Part shown: positions 28,411-38,459 of the stretch, piece after piece
How the letters are laid out: each line of letters starts with the position of its first letter
Numbering within the stretch: the stretch's first letter is position 1
Assembly (NCBI GenBank): GCA_016839805.1
Contig: JAEOTO010000036.1
Span: 1 to 64,000 of the forward strand
DNA from: Candidatus Hermodarchaeota archaeon
GTDB taxonomy: Archaea; Asgardarchaeota; Hermodarchaeia; Hermodarchaeales; Hermodarchaeaceae
DNA length: 64,000 nucleotides
Direction: 5' to 3'
The notes under the pieces: model-generated
Told to the model about the DNA's origin: nothing
What the model saw: the letters and a program-made list of their open reading frames with translations, nothing else
Database searches by the model: none
Position numbers and translations under genes: made by a program

Positions 28411-29679
28411 TTAGGTCAACCATTCAACGTTATCACCTAATTTTCTTAGAATGGTGATTAACTTCTCTTCTTCAACACCGACGCGTTGAGCAATATCTAC
28501 GGATGAGTTATTTCCGTCACAGAATATCTTGGCTTGTTCAAGGATTAAGAATTCATCTCGGGGTAAACCCACCGTCTCCAAGTAAGCAATGAATCGTGGA
28601 TCACTCGCGGCAAGTTTTGGATAGAACCGAACTCGTCGAATATAACCTCGTTCTGTAAGATAGGTAAGAATTTCAGATAACTGACGGCTTTGTATTCCCG
28701 TACGGGTTCGAATTTCTTCAACAGTTGAGTAACCGTCTATTGCCCGCAGGAGATCAACACCTGCATTGCCAAATAAGTTCCCAAATTCACGGGCTGGGCC
28801 AGTGCGTTCAGCGAAAAGGGTACTTTCCATCATTGGATTTGAAGTGAAAACTTCATAATCGGAAAAAACCCCAGCTTCTTTGGTTTTTGGCTGAACTTTG
28901 ACAATGTTGGAATAATCTATGTTTCCCAAACCATAGATGTAGGGAGATATGATCTCAGCGCACCGACCTACATGGAGGTCTTCTCGAATAATTGCCAGAA
29001 GCATAAAGGATGGCTTAACTTGATGAAGAAATAATTTCGTCCCCTCATCCAAAGTCGTCTGAGACACAGCAAAATAACTTGGTAACTCCATATCCTGGGA
29101 TTTTTGTAGTTGTTTGGTTGCGACTTCAAATTCATGTGGCTTTAATTTTGATGCGATAACATACCCATCATTACTTACTAACCCAGTCCGTAAAATACCC
29201 GGTTTACCTTCAACTAAATTCAGGAGATCCTCGGCTTGTTGATAAATTTCAGGAGGTAGGATCGCCGAGGGATAACGGGATTTGATTTCAGGAATTTTAT
29301 CGTATTTACCCAGGATTTCAATCACATACTCGCGAAAACCTCCAAACAAATGTGAAGGAACAACGGATTTTTCGAGAACCTCTGTATATTGCTTTTCAAA
29401 AACCTGAGCGATTTCTTTCATGATCACCCTGTAGATGTGTTCATCATCCTCTTGTCCAATAACAATTATAAACAAGAGATTAGCGCGGCTTTCATACACG
29501 AATTTATTTTCTGCAAACGTGACAACCTGAATATGTCCTTCACCTATCTCTTCAGCAAACCCTGCCTGCGCTGATAAGAAACCGGCCACTAGAGCATCAA
29601 GTTTGGGTGCACCGTCAGGTGCGAAGTTGAAGAGGGGCATGCCACCTTTTTGTAACACAATAATTTCTTTGACTGGCAA
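28411..29679 (-). CDS. Longin + roadblock/profilin-like + tandem winged-helix protein
   Basis: EIIVLQKGGMPLF...LVAGFLSAQAGFAEEI (longin); GLVSNDGYVIAS (roadblock-like); two IDG/CDG-x-S/T-V-x-x-I HTH repeats. Confidence 0.75.
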   Translation of the reverse strand: MPVKEIIVLQKGGMPLFNFAPDGAPKLDALVAGFLSAQAGFAEEIGEGHIQVVTFAENKFVYESRANLLFIIVIGQEDDEHIYRVIMKEIAQVFEKQYTEVLEKSVVPSHLFGGFREYVIEILGKYDKIPEIKSRYPSAILPPEIYQQAEDLLNLVEGKPGILRTGLVSNDGYVIASKLKPHEFEVATKQLQKSQDMELPSYFAVSQTTLDEGTKLFLHQVKPSFMLLAIIREDLHVGRCAEIISPYIYGLGNIDYSNIVKVQPKTKEAGVFSDYEVFTSNPMMESTLFAERTGPAREFGNLFGNAGVDLLRAIDGYSTVEEIRTRTGIQSRQLSEILTYLTERGYIRRVRFYPKLAASDPRFIAYLETVGLPRDEFLILEQAKIFCDGNNSSVDIAQRVGVEEEKLITILRKLGDNVEWLT

Positions 29680-29852
29680 ACATTGTCACCAAGCTTGGAT
29701 GGTAGTAAAATCGCATCCTGATTAACCTTTGTGTCGTGAACGAATTTTACTCATTTTTTACCTATCTGCTTGCTTACTCCTGAAATGCTTATAATCCCTC
29801 TCTTCTATTGTTCTGAGGATATCAGGCGACATTACGCTGGGAGACCTGATCA

Positions 29853-31421
29853 ATGAAACTGGATTCGAATTGGCTTGCTGCAGCAATCTTAACTCTCCCC
29901 TTTGCATGGGTCATTGCCTTCCTCCTTTTCCTTAGACAAATTATCCTATCCGAGCTAATTTTTCTTTATCTAATAATCTTTGGGCTAATTCTTGGGCTGT
30001 GGATCGGTGGAATCCTTAGTGATAAGATTAGAAATAGTAGTTTCATTTTGGGTTTAATTGAGGTTATTTTACTCGTAATCGGAATTGGCCAGTTTCTACT
30101 TCCACCTACTTTTTGGGCTTCATCACTTGGATTTGCAGCGCTGTTCCTTTTGTTCTTGCTCTTTGGGGCAGGTCTTACCCTAATGACCATCTTTCTCAAT
30201 CAATTAATTTCGAGTATTCACAGAGGCTATGTGGCTGGTATTGTTACAGTCCTTACCCTGGTGATCGGAGGTATGCTATCTTATGTCTGGCATCTCTATT
30301 ACACACCATTTGCTCCAACTGTATCAGCTGCACTAATCCTCTTTGCTATCATAATCTATTTCTTCGTACACACCGGAAAGAGGGAACTGCAAACTTTCAT
30401 GGTACCTGGATCAATTCTTCCCTACGCGATTTGGTGGATTGTTTTTCTAACCGCGTTTGGTCTTTATACTTGGGCAACACCCGAATCCCTGCGTCTACTA
30501 TTCAACAGCTTTAATCCGCTGAGCAATAGCCGAATTGCTCCTGAACTAGTCCTCGTTGGAATTGGTGGGGCTACATTTGTTTTCACCTTCCTTCCGGATA
30601 AGCTCGGAAGAAAACACATGTTTACTGTGGCATCGGTCCTACTTGGTATTCTATGCATTTTTGGTAGTGCACAATTTGCAGATTTCCTTCCGATATTACA
30701 GGATCTTCCTTCTGAAACAGCCGTTATCGTGGACCAAAATCTCCGAATGACGATTTCCATTGGACTTACGATATTACAGGTGTTTGTTATCGGATTCATT
30801 ATTGGTGTTGGTGCATGGTTAGTTTGGGCGGAAGTGGGACCAGTTAGAATGAAAGGACGTCGAGCCGCGTTTGGATGGACAGCTGTTAGTATTCTTGGAG
30901 CATTCATTTGGATAATTACAATATACCAAATCAACTTGGTAGGACTGACCCTTATCGTATACCCGATCGCAGCTTCTCTCATCTTACTTAGTGTCTTTCC
31001 TATCACAAATGCGGTTGAAGTTCTAGGCAATGAGCGAGTCGTTGAAGAATTAGATATTCGGGTTGACAGTCGACAAGTTAGTCGTGCTCTCCGTGAGTTA
31101 GAAGTGGAGACACCATTGAAAAGCATTGAAGGACAAATCGAATCAGAAATCACCCAACTCGCAGCTATAAGAGGTGTATCTCGAACTCAAGCCCGAGAGC
31201 TAAGAGATGCTGGATATGAAACTCCTGAACTAGTAGCTCGTTCTAATGCGGACACACTTTCTCAGGTACTTGGTATCTCCTCGGAAGCGGCAGATGAAAT
31301 TATCAAAAATGCCCGAAAACTGGGTTCGAAACAAACTAGTCGAAGTATATCTCGTACTCCATCACGTAGAGTGAAGTCCTCGAAATCTAGAAAATCCTGC
31401 AAAAAGGGAAAACCTAAGTAA
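29853..31421 (+). CDS. MFS-like 12-TM protein with C-terminal helix-hairpin-helix domain and basic tail
   Basis: GILSDKI and LPDKLGRK MFS loops; LAAIRGVSRTQARELRDAGYETPELVA HhH (RadA N-terminal-like). Confidence 0.75.
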   Translation: MKLDSNWLAAAILTLPFAWVIAFLLFLRQIILSELIFLYLIIFGLILGLWIGGILSDKIRNSSFILGLIEVILLVIGIGQFLLPPTFWASSLGFAALFLLFLLFGAGLTLMTIFLNQLISSIHRGYVAGIVTVLTLVIGGMLSYVWHLYYTPFAPTVSAALILFAIIIYFFVHTGKRELQTFMVPGSILPYAIWWIVFLTAFGLYTWATPESLRLLFNSFNPLSNSRIAPELVLVGIGGATFVFTFLPDKLGRKHMFTVASVLLGILCIFGSAQFADFLPILQDLPSETAVIVDQNLRMTISIGLTILQVFVIGFIIGVGAWLVWAEVGPVRMKGRRAAFGWTAVSILGAFIWIITIYQINLVGLTLIVYPIAASLILLSVFPITNAVEVLGNERVVEELDIRVDSRQVSRALRELEVETPLKSIEGQIESEITQLAAIRGVSRTQARELRDAGYETPELVARSNADTLSQVLGISSEAADEIIKNARKLGSKQTSRSISRTPSRRVKSSKSRKSCKKGKPK

Positions 31422-31429
31422 TCCTTGAG

Positions 31430-33148
31430 ATGCAATACCCTAAGGAGGGACCCAATGAACGGCAGGATGACGCTGGGAGGAAGCCAACTACAATGAGTCC
31501 TAAAACCCGAAGGAGAGAACCGTCCAAACGCAAACAATTAGGTCAATATTACACACCCGCTTGGATCGTCGATTATATCGTTGAACACACATTAGGCCCA
31601 GCACTTAATGAGGATCCAGAACGATTATTGGGTGAATTCACGGTTCTTGATCCAGCTTGTGGCGATGGCGCTTTCCTTATCGGAGCTTTACAATTCCTGG
31701 CACAACAAGCCGAATCATTTCCTAGGACGCAACATCGCTTACTCTTCCGAAGTATTGTGGATAGCATCCATGGAGTAGACGTCGATCCCAAGGCTTTGAA
31801 AAAGTGCCAACAACAATTAGAAGAGATAAGTGAAACGATCCTCAAAATCTCAGCAGATTTCTCACAACGCGTACTCCTTGGTAATAGTCTCATCCAAACA
31901 GAAGCCAACGCAACAAGGATATTTGGTGACAAATTAGAAGAAAGGCATCCACTAGATTGGCATCGAGTCTATCCTTGGGTAATGCGGGATGGAGGTTTCG
32001 ACGTCATTATTGGGAATCCTCCGTTTCTCGGTATCAAAGCCATGGACGACTCACTCAAAAACTACATCCGCAGCCGATACCGAACCGTCCACCAACAATT
32101 TGACATTCTCATTCCCTTCATCGAACTGGGACTACAACTTCTCCGACCTGGCGGTCGACTCGGTTACATCATCAGCAACAAAATCCTTGCTGCAGACTAT
32201 GGAACACAACTCCGTAAAACCCTCGTCTCCAACTTCATTATTGAACAAATGGTTGACCTCTCCAACCTCAACGCCTTCGAAAATGCCGCAACCTACCCTC
32301 ATATCATCATTCTTCGCAAACCCCGTCGACCCGAAGAAATTCACAACAATAAAACCCAACTCCCCTTACCACCCACCAAACCAGGCGATTTCACCACAGA
32401 ATCCGAACAAGATAATTCCATTCCGCAACATTACTTCGCGACTCTCCCCAACTATATTCTCGCTCCATCCCTGTCCGAAGAAAAATATTCCATCCTCCGC
32501 AAGTTAATACACAACACTGTTCCTCTGGGTCAAACGTGTACTATTCGCTGCGGAATCGCAAAAACTGGGTTCACCAAACACCTCATCTCTAAAGATAAAT
32601 ACGCCCGCTTGTCTGCTAGAAAAAAACAAAACACACTGGCTTTTCTCAATGCCGGTGACGTCCGTCGCTATCACCTCCACCAAAGTAGATACCTCACCTA
32701 CACTCCAAAACTAACCTCTGATGACCAATGGCAGACCTTCCACGAACCCAAAATTGTTATCGCTGGCATGGCTAAACAGCTCCGTGTCGCTTTAGACTCG
32801 GCTGGACACGCCCTAGGTCGAGTTTACTATATTACTCAACAACAGGCCCCCTACAATCCATACTTTCTCCTGGCGATACTCAACTCTCGCCTTATCAATG
32901 CCTATTTCTCCCTCCTATTCGTTGCCACTCACCTTCGCAGTGGATACATCCGTTACAACGCTACCTACCTCAATCAAATCCCCCTGGCAACTCCAACCCA
33001 ACACCAAGAAGAGGAACTCGTTGACCTAGCCACCCTAGTTATCCAAAATCCCAAATATCTGACGAAAGGTCTTGATCAGGAAATCAATCAAGCTGTGGCC
33101 TACCTTTATGGGCTCAGCTCCAACGATGTAGAACTGCTTGAGGGATAG
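31430..33148 (+). CDS. N6-adenine DNA methyltransferase (gamma class, TaqI/Eco57I-like), no cognate REase seen
   Basis: GQYYTP, LDPACGDG, IGNPPF motifs; TaqI_C-like target-recognition C-terminus. Confidence 0.9.
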   Translation: MQYPKEGPNERQDDAGRKPTTMSPKTRRREPSKRKQLGQYYTPAWIVDYIVEHTLGPALNEDPERLLGEFTVLDPACGDGAFLIGALQFLAQQAESFPRTQHRLLFRSIVDSIHGVDVDPKALKKCQQQLEEISETILKISADFSQRVLLGNSLIQTEANATRIFGDKLEERHPLDWHRVYPWVMRDGGFDVIIGNPPFLGIKAMDDSLKNYIRSRYRTVHQQFDILIPFIELGLQLLRPGGRLGYIISNKILAADYGTQLRKTLVSNFIIEQMVDLSNLNAFENAATYPHIIILRKPRRPEEIHNNKTQLPLPPTKPGDFTTESEQDNSIPQHYFATLPNYILAPSLSEEKYSILRKLIHNTVPLGQTCTIRCGIAKTGFTKHLISKDKYARLSARKKQNTLAFLNAGDVRRYHLHQSRYLTYTPKLTSDDQWQTFHEPKIVIAGMAKQLRVALDSAGHALGRVYYITQQQAPYNPYFLLAILNSRLINAYFSLLFVATHLRSGYIRYNATYLNQIPLATPTQHQEEELVDLATLVIQNPKYLTKGLDQEINQAVAYLYGLSSNDVELLEG

Positions 33149-33191
33149 ATTTTTAAATTAGTACACTCCATCATTTTTCAATAATAACTCG

Positions 33192-33251
33192 TCTCATGTC
33201 GTGAGATAAAAAGATTAAAAAGCAAAAACCTACTATTTTCTCCTGAGAAAA
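33192..33251. promoter_or_regulatory. Palindromic putative operators upstream of the wHTH regulator
   Basis: TCTCA-N5-TGAGA (33192-33206) and TTTTCTC-CT-GAGAAAA (33236-33251). Confidence 0.4.
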
Positions 33252-33258
33252 ATGAGAG

Positions 33259-33912
33259 ATGGTGACCATGCAAAGTCAAGACGTAATTTCCTTCCAACCT
33301 GAACGAATTAAAATTATTCGAGATAAAAAAGCAATTGAAGCCTTATATGATCCCAATCATTATCCAATTATTAAGGCTCTTCGTAAAGGTCCAATGACCG
33401 TTCGAGAAATTGAAAAAGCCTACAAGAAAGAAGCCAAAGGCATAGAAGATCTCGACGCCAAATCTGATAAAACCATTTATCGCTATTTGAAAGTTTTAGA
33501 GAAAGCTGGTTTAGTTGTTCCGGCCGGTCAACGCGTGGTCATGGGAAAAACCGCAACTGAAACTCTGTTTGCTCGGACTGCTGAAGCTTTTCTTGGTGAC
33601 GATACTAGTAGTGAATACTGGGAAACTGATGCGGCAAAGCTCATCAGTAAAATCGTTGGGAAAATGCTCGGAAAATCATATGGTGATCGTACTCCTGATT
33701 TTGCTTGCATGGAAAAGTTCATGCAAAAATGGGATCGTGAAACGAGTAAACAAACACTTGCAATTATGGAAACTGCAGATGAAGAACTCTACGATTTATT
33801 CGCTTCAGTTGATTGGAAATCTAAGAATAAGGTTCTTTCCTTTGTGGGCAATTTTGCAGTTTTTTTAAACAAACCAAAACTCCTCGAAGCACTCAAAAAT
33901 TGCTTCAAATAA
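33259..33912 (+). CDS. ArsR-like winged-helix transcriptional regulator
   Basis: IIKALRKGPMTVREI...TIYRYLKVLEKAGLV...LFARTA. Confidence 0.85.
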   Translation: MVTMQSQDVISFQPERIKIIRDKKAIEALYDPNHYPIIKALRKGPMTVREIEKAYKKEAKGIEDLDAKSDKTIYRYLKVLEKAGLVVPAGQRVVMGKTATETLFARTAEAFLGDDTSSEYWETDAAKLISKIVGKMLGKSYGDRTPDFACMEKFMQKWDRETSKQTLAIMETADEELYDLFASVDWKSKNKVLSFVGNFAVFLNKPKLLEALKNCFK

Positions 33913-34167
33913 GAGTTTCAACGATTCGCATTCTTCAGGCAAGAATTACTTTTGTTTGTTTGCTTCTTCTTCCCCCATTAATTGACGACAATCCTCTGAC
34001 AAGGTCATTGTTCCATACTAGCTTTTAATCGTGCTTCCCGCTTGATGTGGCAGTTTATTTTTCTCGGCGAGTAAATTAACCTCTTTGAAACCGATACATT
34101 TATATTATACTATAGAATAGTATTCTCGTCCTATAAGAAAATCAGGACATGTGATGGTAGAATAATA

Positions 34168-34305
34168 ATGGTGAAAAAGAAAATTCGCTTCGATCGAGTC
34201 GGGGTTGGTGAACGGGCAGCACTCGGTTGTCGCAATCCTAATCCAACTCCTCACTTCCTTCGAGCATACAAAATCGTAACTTCACGAAAAGTTTCGAACT
34301 GGTAA
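34168..34305 (+). CDS. Putative 45-aa basic small protein
   Basis: MVKKKIRFDRVGVGERAALGCRNPNPTPHFLRAYKIVTSRKVSNW; TATA-like TTTATATTAT at ~34099 and GTGATGGT upstream. Confidence 0.35.
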   Translation: MVKKKIRFDRVGVGERAALGCRNPNPTPHFLRAYKIVTSRKVSNW

Positions 34306-34342
34306 AAGTCGAACATAGAAAGAATAGAGGCGGTGGTTAAGA

Positions 34343-34426
34343 ATGGACTCCACAAATCACGTTAATCGTCAACTGGAATATGCAAGTTATCAGATACATA
34401 TCGCACTTGTGACTCCCCGTAGATAA
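34343..34426 (+). CDS. Putative 27-aa peptide
   Basis: GAGGCGGTG RBS then MDSTNHVNRQLEYASYQIHIALVTPRR. Confidence 0.3.
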   Translation: MDSTNHVNRQLEYASYQIHIALVTPRR

Positions 34427-34965
34427 GTGAGCTCAATGTGTGAAGAGCTGAGGTACTTAGGAGCTTCTAATCAATGATGCTACTTAAACGACGGGCCTTC
34501 CCGAAATTCATGAATGTTCATGAAAATTCGTTGTCCTCCAGTAGGTCCACAAGCCTCAAGCAAGCCGAACAGGAAACGGGTGAAGCTCCTCAAACCTCTT
34601 GGTCGGCTCAAATGTATGGAAGGCCCGTCAATATTTCTTTCTTCTCAGTTTTATTTCATTCTTGCTTAAAGAAAAATGGTTTGTGTGTTTAATGGAAAAA
34701 TTTGTTCAAATTTAGAGACTTCTGTCATTCTAGTGATCTTTGATGCTAAAACCCACTCATTGGAGCTGCCCCCGTCCACCCCTTATCGGGAGTTATTCAC
34801 CGCAAACACGCCTCTCCCTATGTCCCAGCCAACTTTGGGTGGGTTTTGGCATCATGTTTTGTAACTATGATTCACGAAAGCAAAAGCTTTTTACATAATG
34901 TGAGATGGTATTCTCATTACTGTAGAAAATTAGGATTTTCGTTAATAAGAAATGTTCTCAAATAG

Positions 34966-36174
34966 GTGAAATTATTGAGCTCAAAAGTCTTTTTTGGTTC
35001 CATCCAACAAGGAAGGGACTCTGCTTTTGCCTCGCTGGCTGCTAAGCTTGATAAACTCCTCGAACACCTTGATTTTTCCACAATCAAAAAACAAGACAAG
35101 GTCGCCGTCAAGATGCACCTTGGCTTCGCTGTTGGATATCAAACGGTACCCGTGTTCTTCGTCAGGCGCATTGTCAAAGCTGTGAAGGAGGCGGGTGGGT
35201 GGCCTTTCATTACCGATAATCCAACTGCCGTATATAACGCAGTTGACCGTGGCTATACGAAAGAAACCTGTGGTTGTCCGTTGATTCCCATTGCGGGAGT
35301 TAAGGATGGTTACACTAAACGGGTCAAGGTGGACTTCCATAAGGTGAAATCCTTGGAAATGGGGGGTGTGATGAACGACGCCGATGTCCTCATTGATTTA
35401 ACTCATGCAAAAGGACATGCCAATTGTGGTTATGGTGGTGCTGTGAAGAATATAGCTTTAGGTGGGTATGCTGCAACTTCGCGGTGGCATCGCATCCATG
35501 GCGTGGAGAATGTCTTCCCCTGGTGGGATCCAGATAAATGTACGCCTGAACATGCCCAGAAACTTGTGGAGACTTGTCCTTACAATGCCCTTGCTTATGA
35601 TAAGAAAAAGCATAAGATGAATATTATGCGATTCGCGTGCCATTATGGTAATTGCAATGAATGTCTTAAAGCAGACAAAGACGTAGGCTGTCTCAATTTA
35701 CAACCTGAACAATTTGAAGCCTTCCAAGAAATGATGGCTATCGCAGCCAAGCACGTATTGGGCACCTTCGACAAGGATAAACGCTTCTTCATCAATATCG
35801 CCTTAGATATCACACCCCATTGCGATTGTGTGGGCATTATTCAACCCGCCGTAGTACCACATATTGGTATCTTAGCAAGCCGTGATATTGTAGCAATTGA
35901 CCAAGCGACACTCGATCTAATCGCGAAAAAAGGGTTAATTGACAGTGAGATTCCCCCATATTTCCGACATGTGAATCTAGATCCAAAAGCAGATTTACAT
36001 CCGTTTCAACGGCTATGGGGTCCGTATAAGAATCCATACCTAGTCACAAAACATACAGAAAAGCTCAAGATGGGGACTCGGAAATACGAGCTCATAGAAG
36101 TTTTGCCACCTGACGAAACTTTAACGATGAAGCCACCAAAGCAAACCTTTGAACGGGCACCCTCGTTTTATTAA
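34966..36174 (+). CDS. DUF362-domain Fe-S protein
   Basis: VAVKMHLG, THAKGH...YGGAVKNIALG, ITPHCDC, DIVAIDQA motifs with a ferredoxin-like insert. Confidence 0.85.
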   Translation: MKLLSSKVFFGSIQQGRDSAFASLAAKLDKLLEHLDFSTIKKQDKVAVKMHLGFAVGYQTVPVFFVRRIVKAVKEAGGWPFITDNPTAVYNAVDRGYTKETCGCPLIPIAGVKDGYTKRVKVDFHKVKSLEMGGVMNDADVLIDLTHAKGHANCGYGGAVKNIALGGYAATSRWHRIHGVENVFPWWDPDKCTPEHAQKLVETCPYNALAYDKKKHKMNIMRFACHYGNCNECLKADKDVGCLNLQPEQFEAFQEMMAIAAKHVLGTFDKDKRFFINIALDITPHCDCVGIIQPAVVPHIGILASRDIVAIDQATLDLIAKKGLIDSEIPPYFRHVNLDPKADLHPFQRLWGPYKNPYLVTKHTEKLKMGTRKYELIEVLPPDETLTMKPPKQTFERAPSFY

Positions 36175-36189
36175 ATCAATGGATAACTA

Positions 36190-36225
36190 GGGGCCCGTTT
36201 CGGGTCCTTGGCATTCATCTTTTTC
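36190..36225 (+). terminator. Hairpin + T-tract terminator
   Basis: GGGCCCG-TTT-CGGGTCC then CTTTTT. Confidence 0.5.
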
Positions 36226-36445
36226 AATATTAGATTTGAAAATAGTAATGGACGTGGTGAAAAGAAGAGTTTTTATAAGCTCGAATTAGTGATGTTGGTT
36301 GAGGCTTGAGCAGATGACAGGTGTTCACTTTCCTAGTTACCTACCAATCGTTTAAGACCATCCACTCCATTTTTACTGCTCAACGTCTTCTATGTTCACT
36401 ATCAAATTATTCCACGAGTGGTGGCCTCCAACGGCAGGTGAAATC

Positions 36446-37951
36446 ATGACTAAAAAGACAAAGAAACAGTCCACGAAAAAAAATGCAGATCAAGAGGAAA
36501 TTGTCACCTTCCACTACGACAAGGTCGATGATTTTTCCACTTGGTTTACTGAAATCAACAAACGTGCGGAACTCTCCGACCAACGCTATGGCGTCAAAGG
36601 GTTGGTGGTCTTCCGTGCCTGGACAACTGTGACACTAAAAATCATGTACCGGTTGCTCGAGGAAGATTTAGAACGTCACGGACATCTCCCCGTTATTTTC
36701 CCTGCCCTGGTTCCCGAATCAAATCTCATCAAAGAGGCTGAGCACGTTGAGGGGTTTGCCCCGGAAGTGTTTTGGTGTACACGGTCAGGCGCCGATAATA
36801 TCTTCGAGGAACCGTTAGCGCTGCGTCCGACGAGCGAGTCGGCTATGTATCCATTGTACGCTCTATGGATTCGAAGTTGGCGGGACCTCCCATTCAAGCG
36901 TTATCAAAGTGTGGCGATTTGGCGTTTTGATACGAAGATGACCCGACCTTTCCTACGGGGACGGGAATTTTACTGGATCGAAGCTCACAATGTTTTTTCG
37001 ACTGCAAAAGAGGCAGAAGAGCAGGTGCTCGAAGATTTGGCGATAACGAAGAACTTCGTGGAAGGCCACCTGGCTATGCCAATCCTTGTACTCATACGTC
37101 CGCAATGGGACAAGTTCCCTGGTGCCGTCTATACCATTGCTGGTGAATCGATTTTACCAAATGGACGGTTCATTCAGAACTCAACCAGTCATATGCTAGG
37201 CGATAACTTCGCACATGCATACAATGTCAAATTTGTTGATGAAAACGAGGAAGAACAATACGCACAGCAGACCTGTTTTGGTCCAGGCATAAGTCGCATG
37301 TATGGGGGACTCATTATCATGCACGGCGATGATGATGGTCTAATCTTCCCCTTCAGTCTAGCCCCAATACAAGTCATCATCATCCCGATTCCGAAAAAGG
37401 GTGCAAAGAAAGCAGTGGAAAAGCGCTGCCAAGAACTAGAGGCAACACTGCGCAAAGCTGGATTCAGGGTCCATTTCGACAACACAGAGAAACGACCTGG
37501 CGATAAGTACTATCATTGGGAGATGCGTGGTGTCCCACTGCGCCTTGAAATCGGAAACCGTGAAGTCCAGGACAATTCAGCGACCATCTTTCGACGGGAC
37601 CTTCGAACACGAGAAACGAGTTCAGTTGATAATCTAGCCAAAACCGTTAAGAAAGCTGGAAATGCAGTCACAAAGGAACTGTGGCGCCGAGCAAAGAAGC
37701 ATTTCGATAACTCATTTCAAAACGCGGACACCTTCGAGGAAATCTGTGAAATCATCAGCCAAAACAAAGCTGCACGCATTAATTTCTGCACCTTAGAAAT
37801 AAAAGGCTTGGCGTGTGCAGAAATGGTTAAGGAGGCGACTGGCGCAGATATTCGTGGGGTGAAACTGGGTGAAGACGAGAAACCATGGGGGTCCTGTCCA
37901 ATGTGTGGAGAACCAGCGACAGTCGTAGCCTATGTAGGAAAATCGTATTAG
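36446..37951 (+). CDS. proS: Proline--tRNA ligase (archaeal/eukaryotic type)
   Basis: KEAEHVEGF, LRPTSE, PFLR.REF.W.E.H, GVPLRLEIG, C-terminal Zn site. ATG 36446 after GGTGA. Confidence 0.97.
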   Translation: MTKKTKKQSTKKNADQEEIVTFHYDKVDDFSTWFTEINKRAELSDQRYGVKGLVVFRAWTTVTLKIMYRLLEEDLERHGHLPVIFPALVPESNLIKEAEHVEGFAPEVFWCTRSGADNIFEEPLALRPTSESAMYPLYALWIRSWRDLPFKRYQSVAIWRFDTKMTRPFLRGREFYWIEAHNVFSTAKEAEEQVLEDLAITKNFVEGHLAMPILVLIRPQWDKFPGAVYTIAGESILPNGRFIQNSTSHMLGDNFAHAYNVKFVDENEEEQYAQQTCFGPGISRMYGGLIIMHGDDDGLIFPFSLAPIQVIIIPIPKKGAKKAVEKRCQELEATLRKAGFRVHFDNTEKRPGDKYYHWEMRGVPLRLEIGNREVQDNSATIFRRDLRTRETSSVDNLAKTVKKAGNAVTKELWRRAKKHFDNSFQNADTFEEICEIISQNKAARINFCTLEIKGLACAEMVKEATGADIRGVKLGEDEKPWGSCPMCGEPATVVAYVGKSY

Positions 37952-38361
37952 TTGCTAGTTCTGGAATGCGTCTCCATCCAACGCCGCATTGCCGGATACC
38001 GACCTGGTACTGTACGTTCAATATAGGTAAAAACAGTGTAAAGAAGATCTCGGTCAAATTCGGGACCAAACGCTACATCCTGAACCCCATCATCACCATA
38101 GAAAAAGATGTTTTCGCTTGGTTTAACGGTGATACTGGCTTCATTTCCTTCGATGTAATAGTCCCAACGGATGAAGAGCTGAATAAAGAAATTGCGGTCT
38201 AAGGGGCGCTCAACTGTAATGTTTGCATAGCCGGAAGCTGTCACTTCGATTTCCAAATTACCCAGAAAAATAGTGTCCCCTTGGATGAGCGGCTCAGCTC
38301 TAGATAAGAGGGACAGAAGCGCTTCTTTGCTAGTTTGTTTAATGACTTGGTTGGTTGACAA
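37948..38361 (-). CDS. Hypothetical protein
   Basis: 137-aa ORF filling the gap, convergent 4-nt overlap with proS. Confidence 0.55.
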   Translation of the reverse strand: MSTNQVIKQTSKEALLSLLSRAEPLIQGDTIFLGNLEIEVTASGYANITVERPLDRNFFIQLFIRWDYYIEGNEASITVKPSENIFFYGDDGVQDVAFGPEFDRDLLYTVFTYIERTVPGRYPAMRRWMETHSRTSN

Positions 38362-38459
38362 ACCCGATATCCCATTTTATCAATACAACAATGGTATTTC
38401 ACTATTACGTTTCACTTCAAGAACACTAAAAGCAGCTATAAGAAAATTTAAATTGATTT

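Noticed and set aside
30464-31153. 229-aa antisense ORF
   Set aside because: Shadow of the MFS-HhH gene.
31430-33912. Complete restriction-modification system with controller
   Set aside because: No endonuclease domain or gene found; the wHTH gene has its own upstream region and does not resemble a C-protein.
34474-34864. 72-aa and 62-aa ORFs
   Set aside because: No RBS or motifs; they run through T-rich terminator-like sequence.
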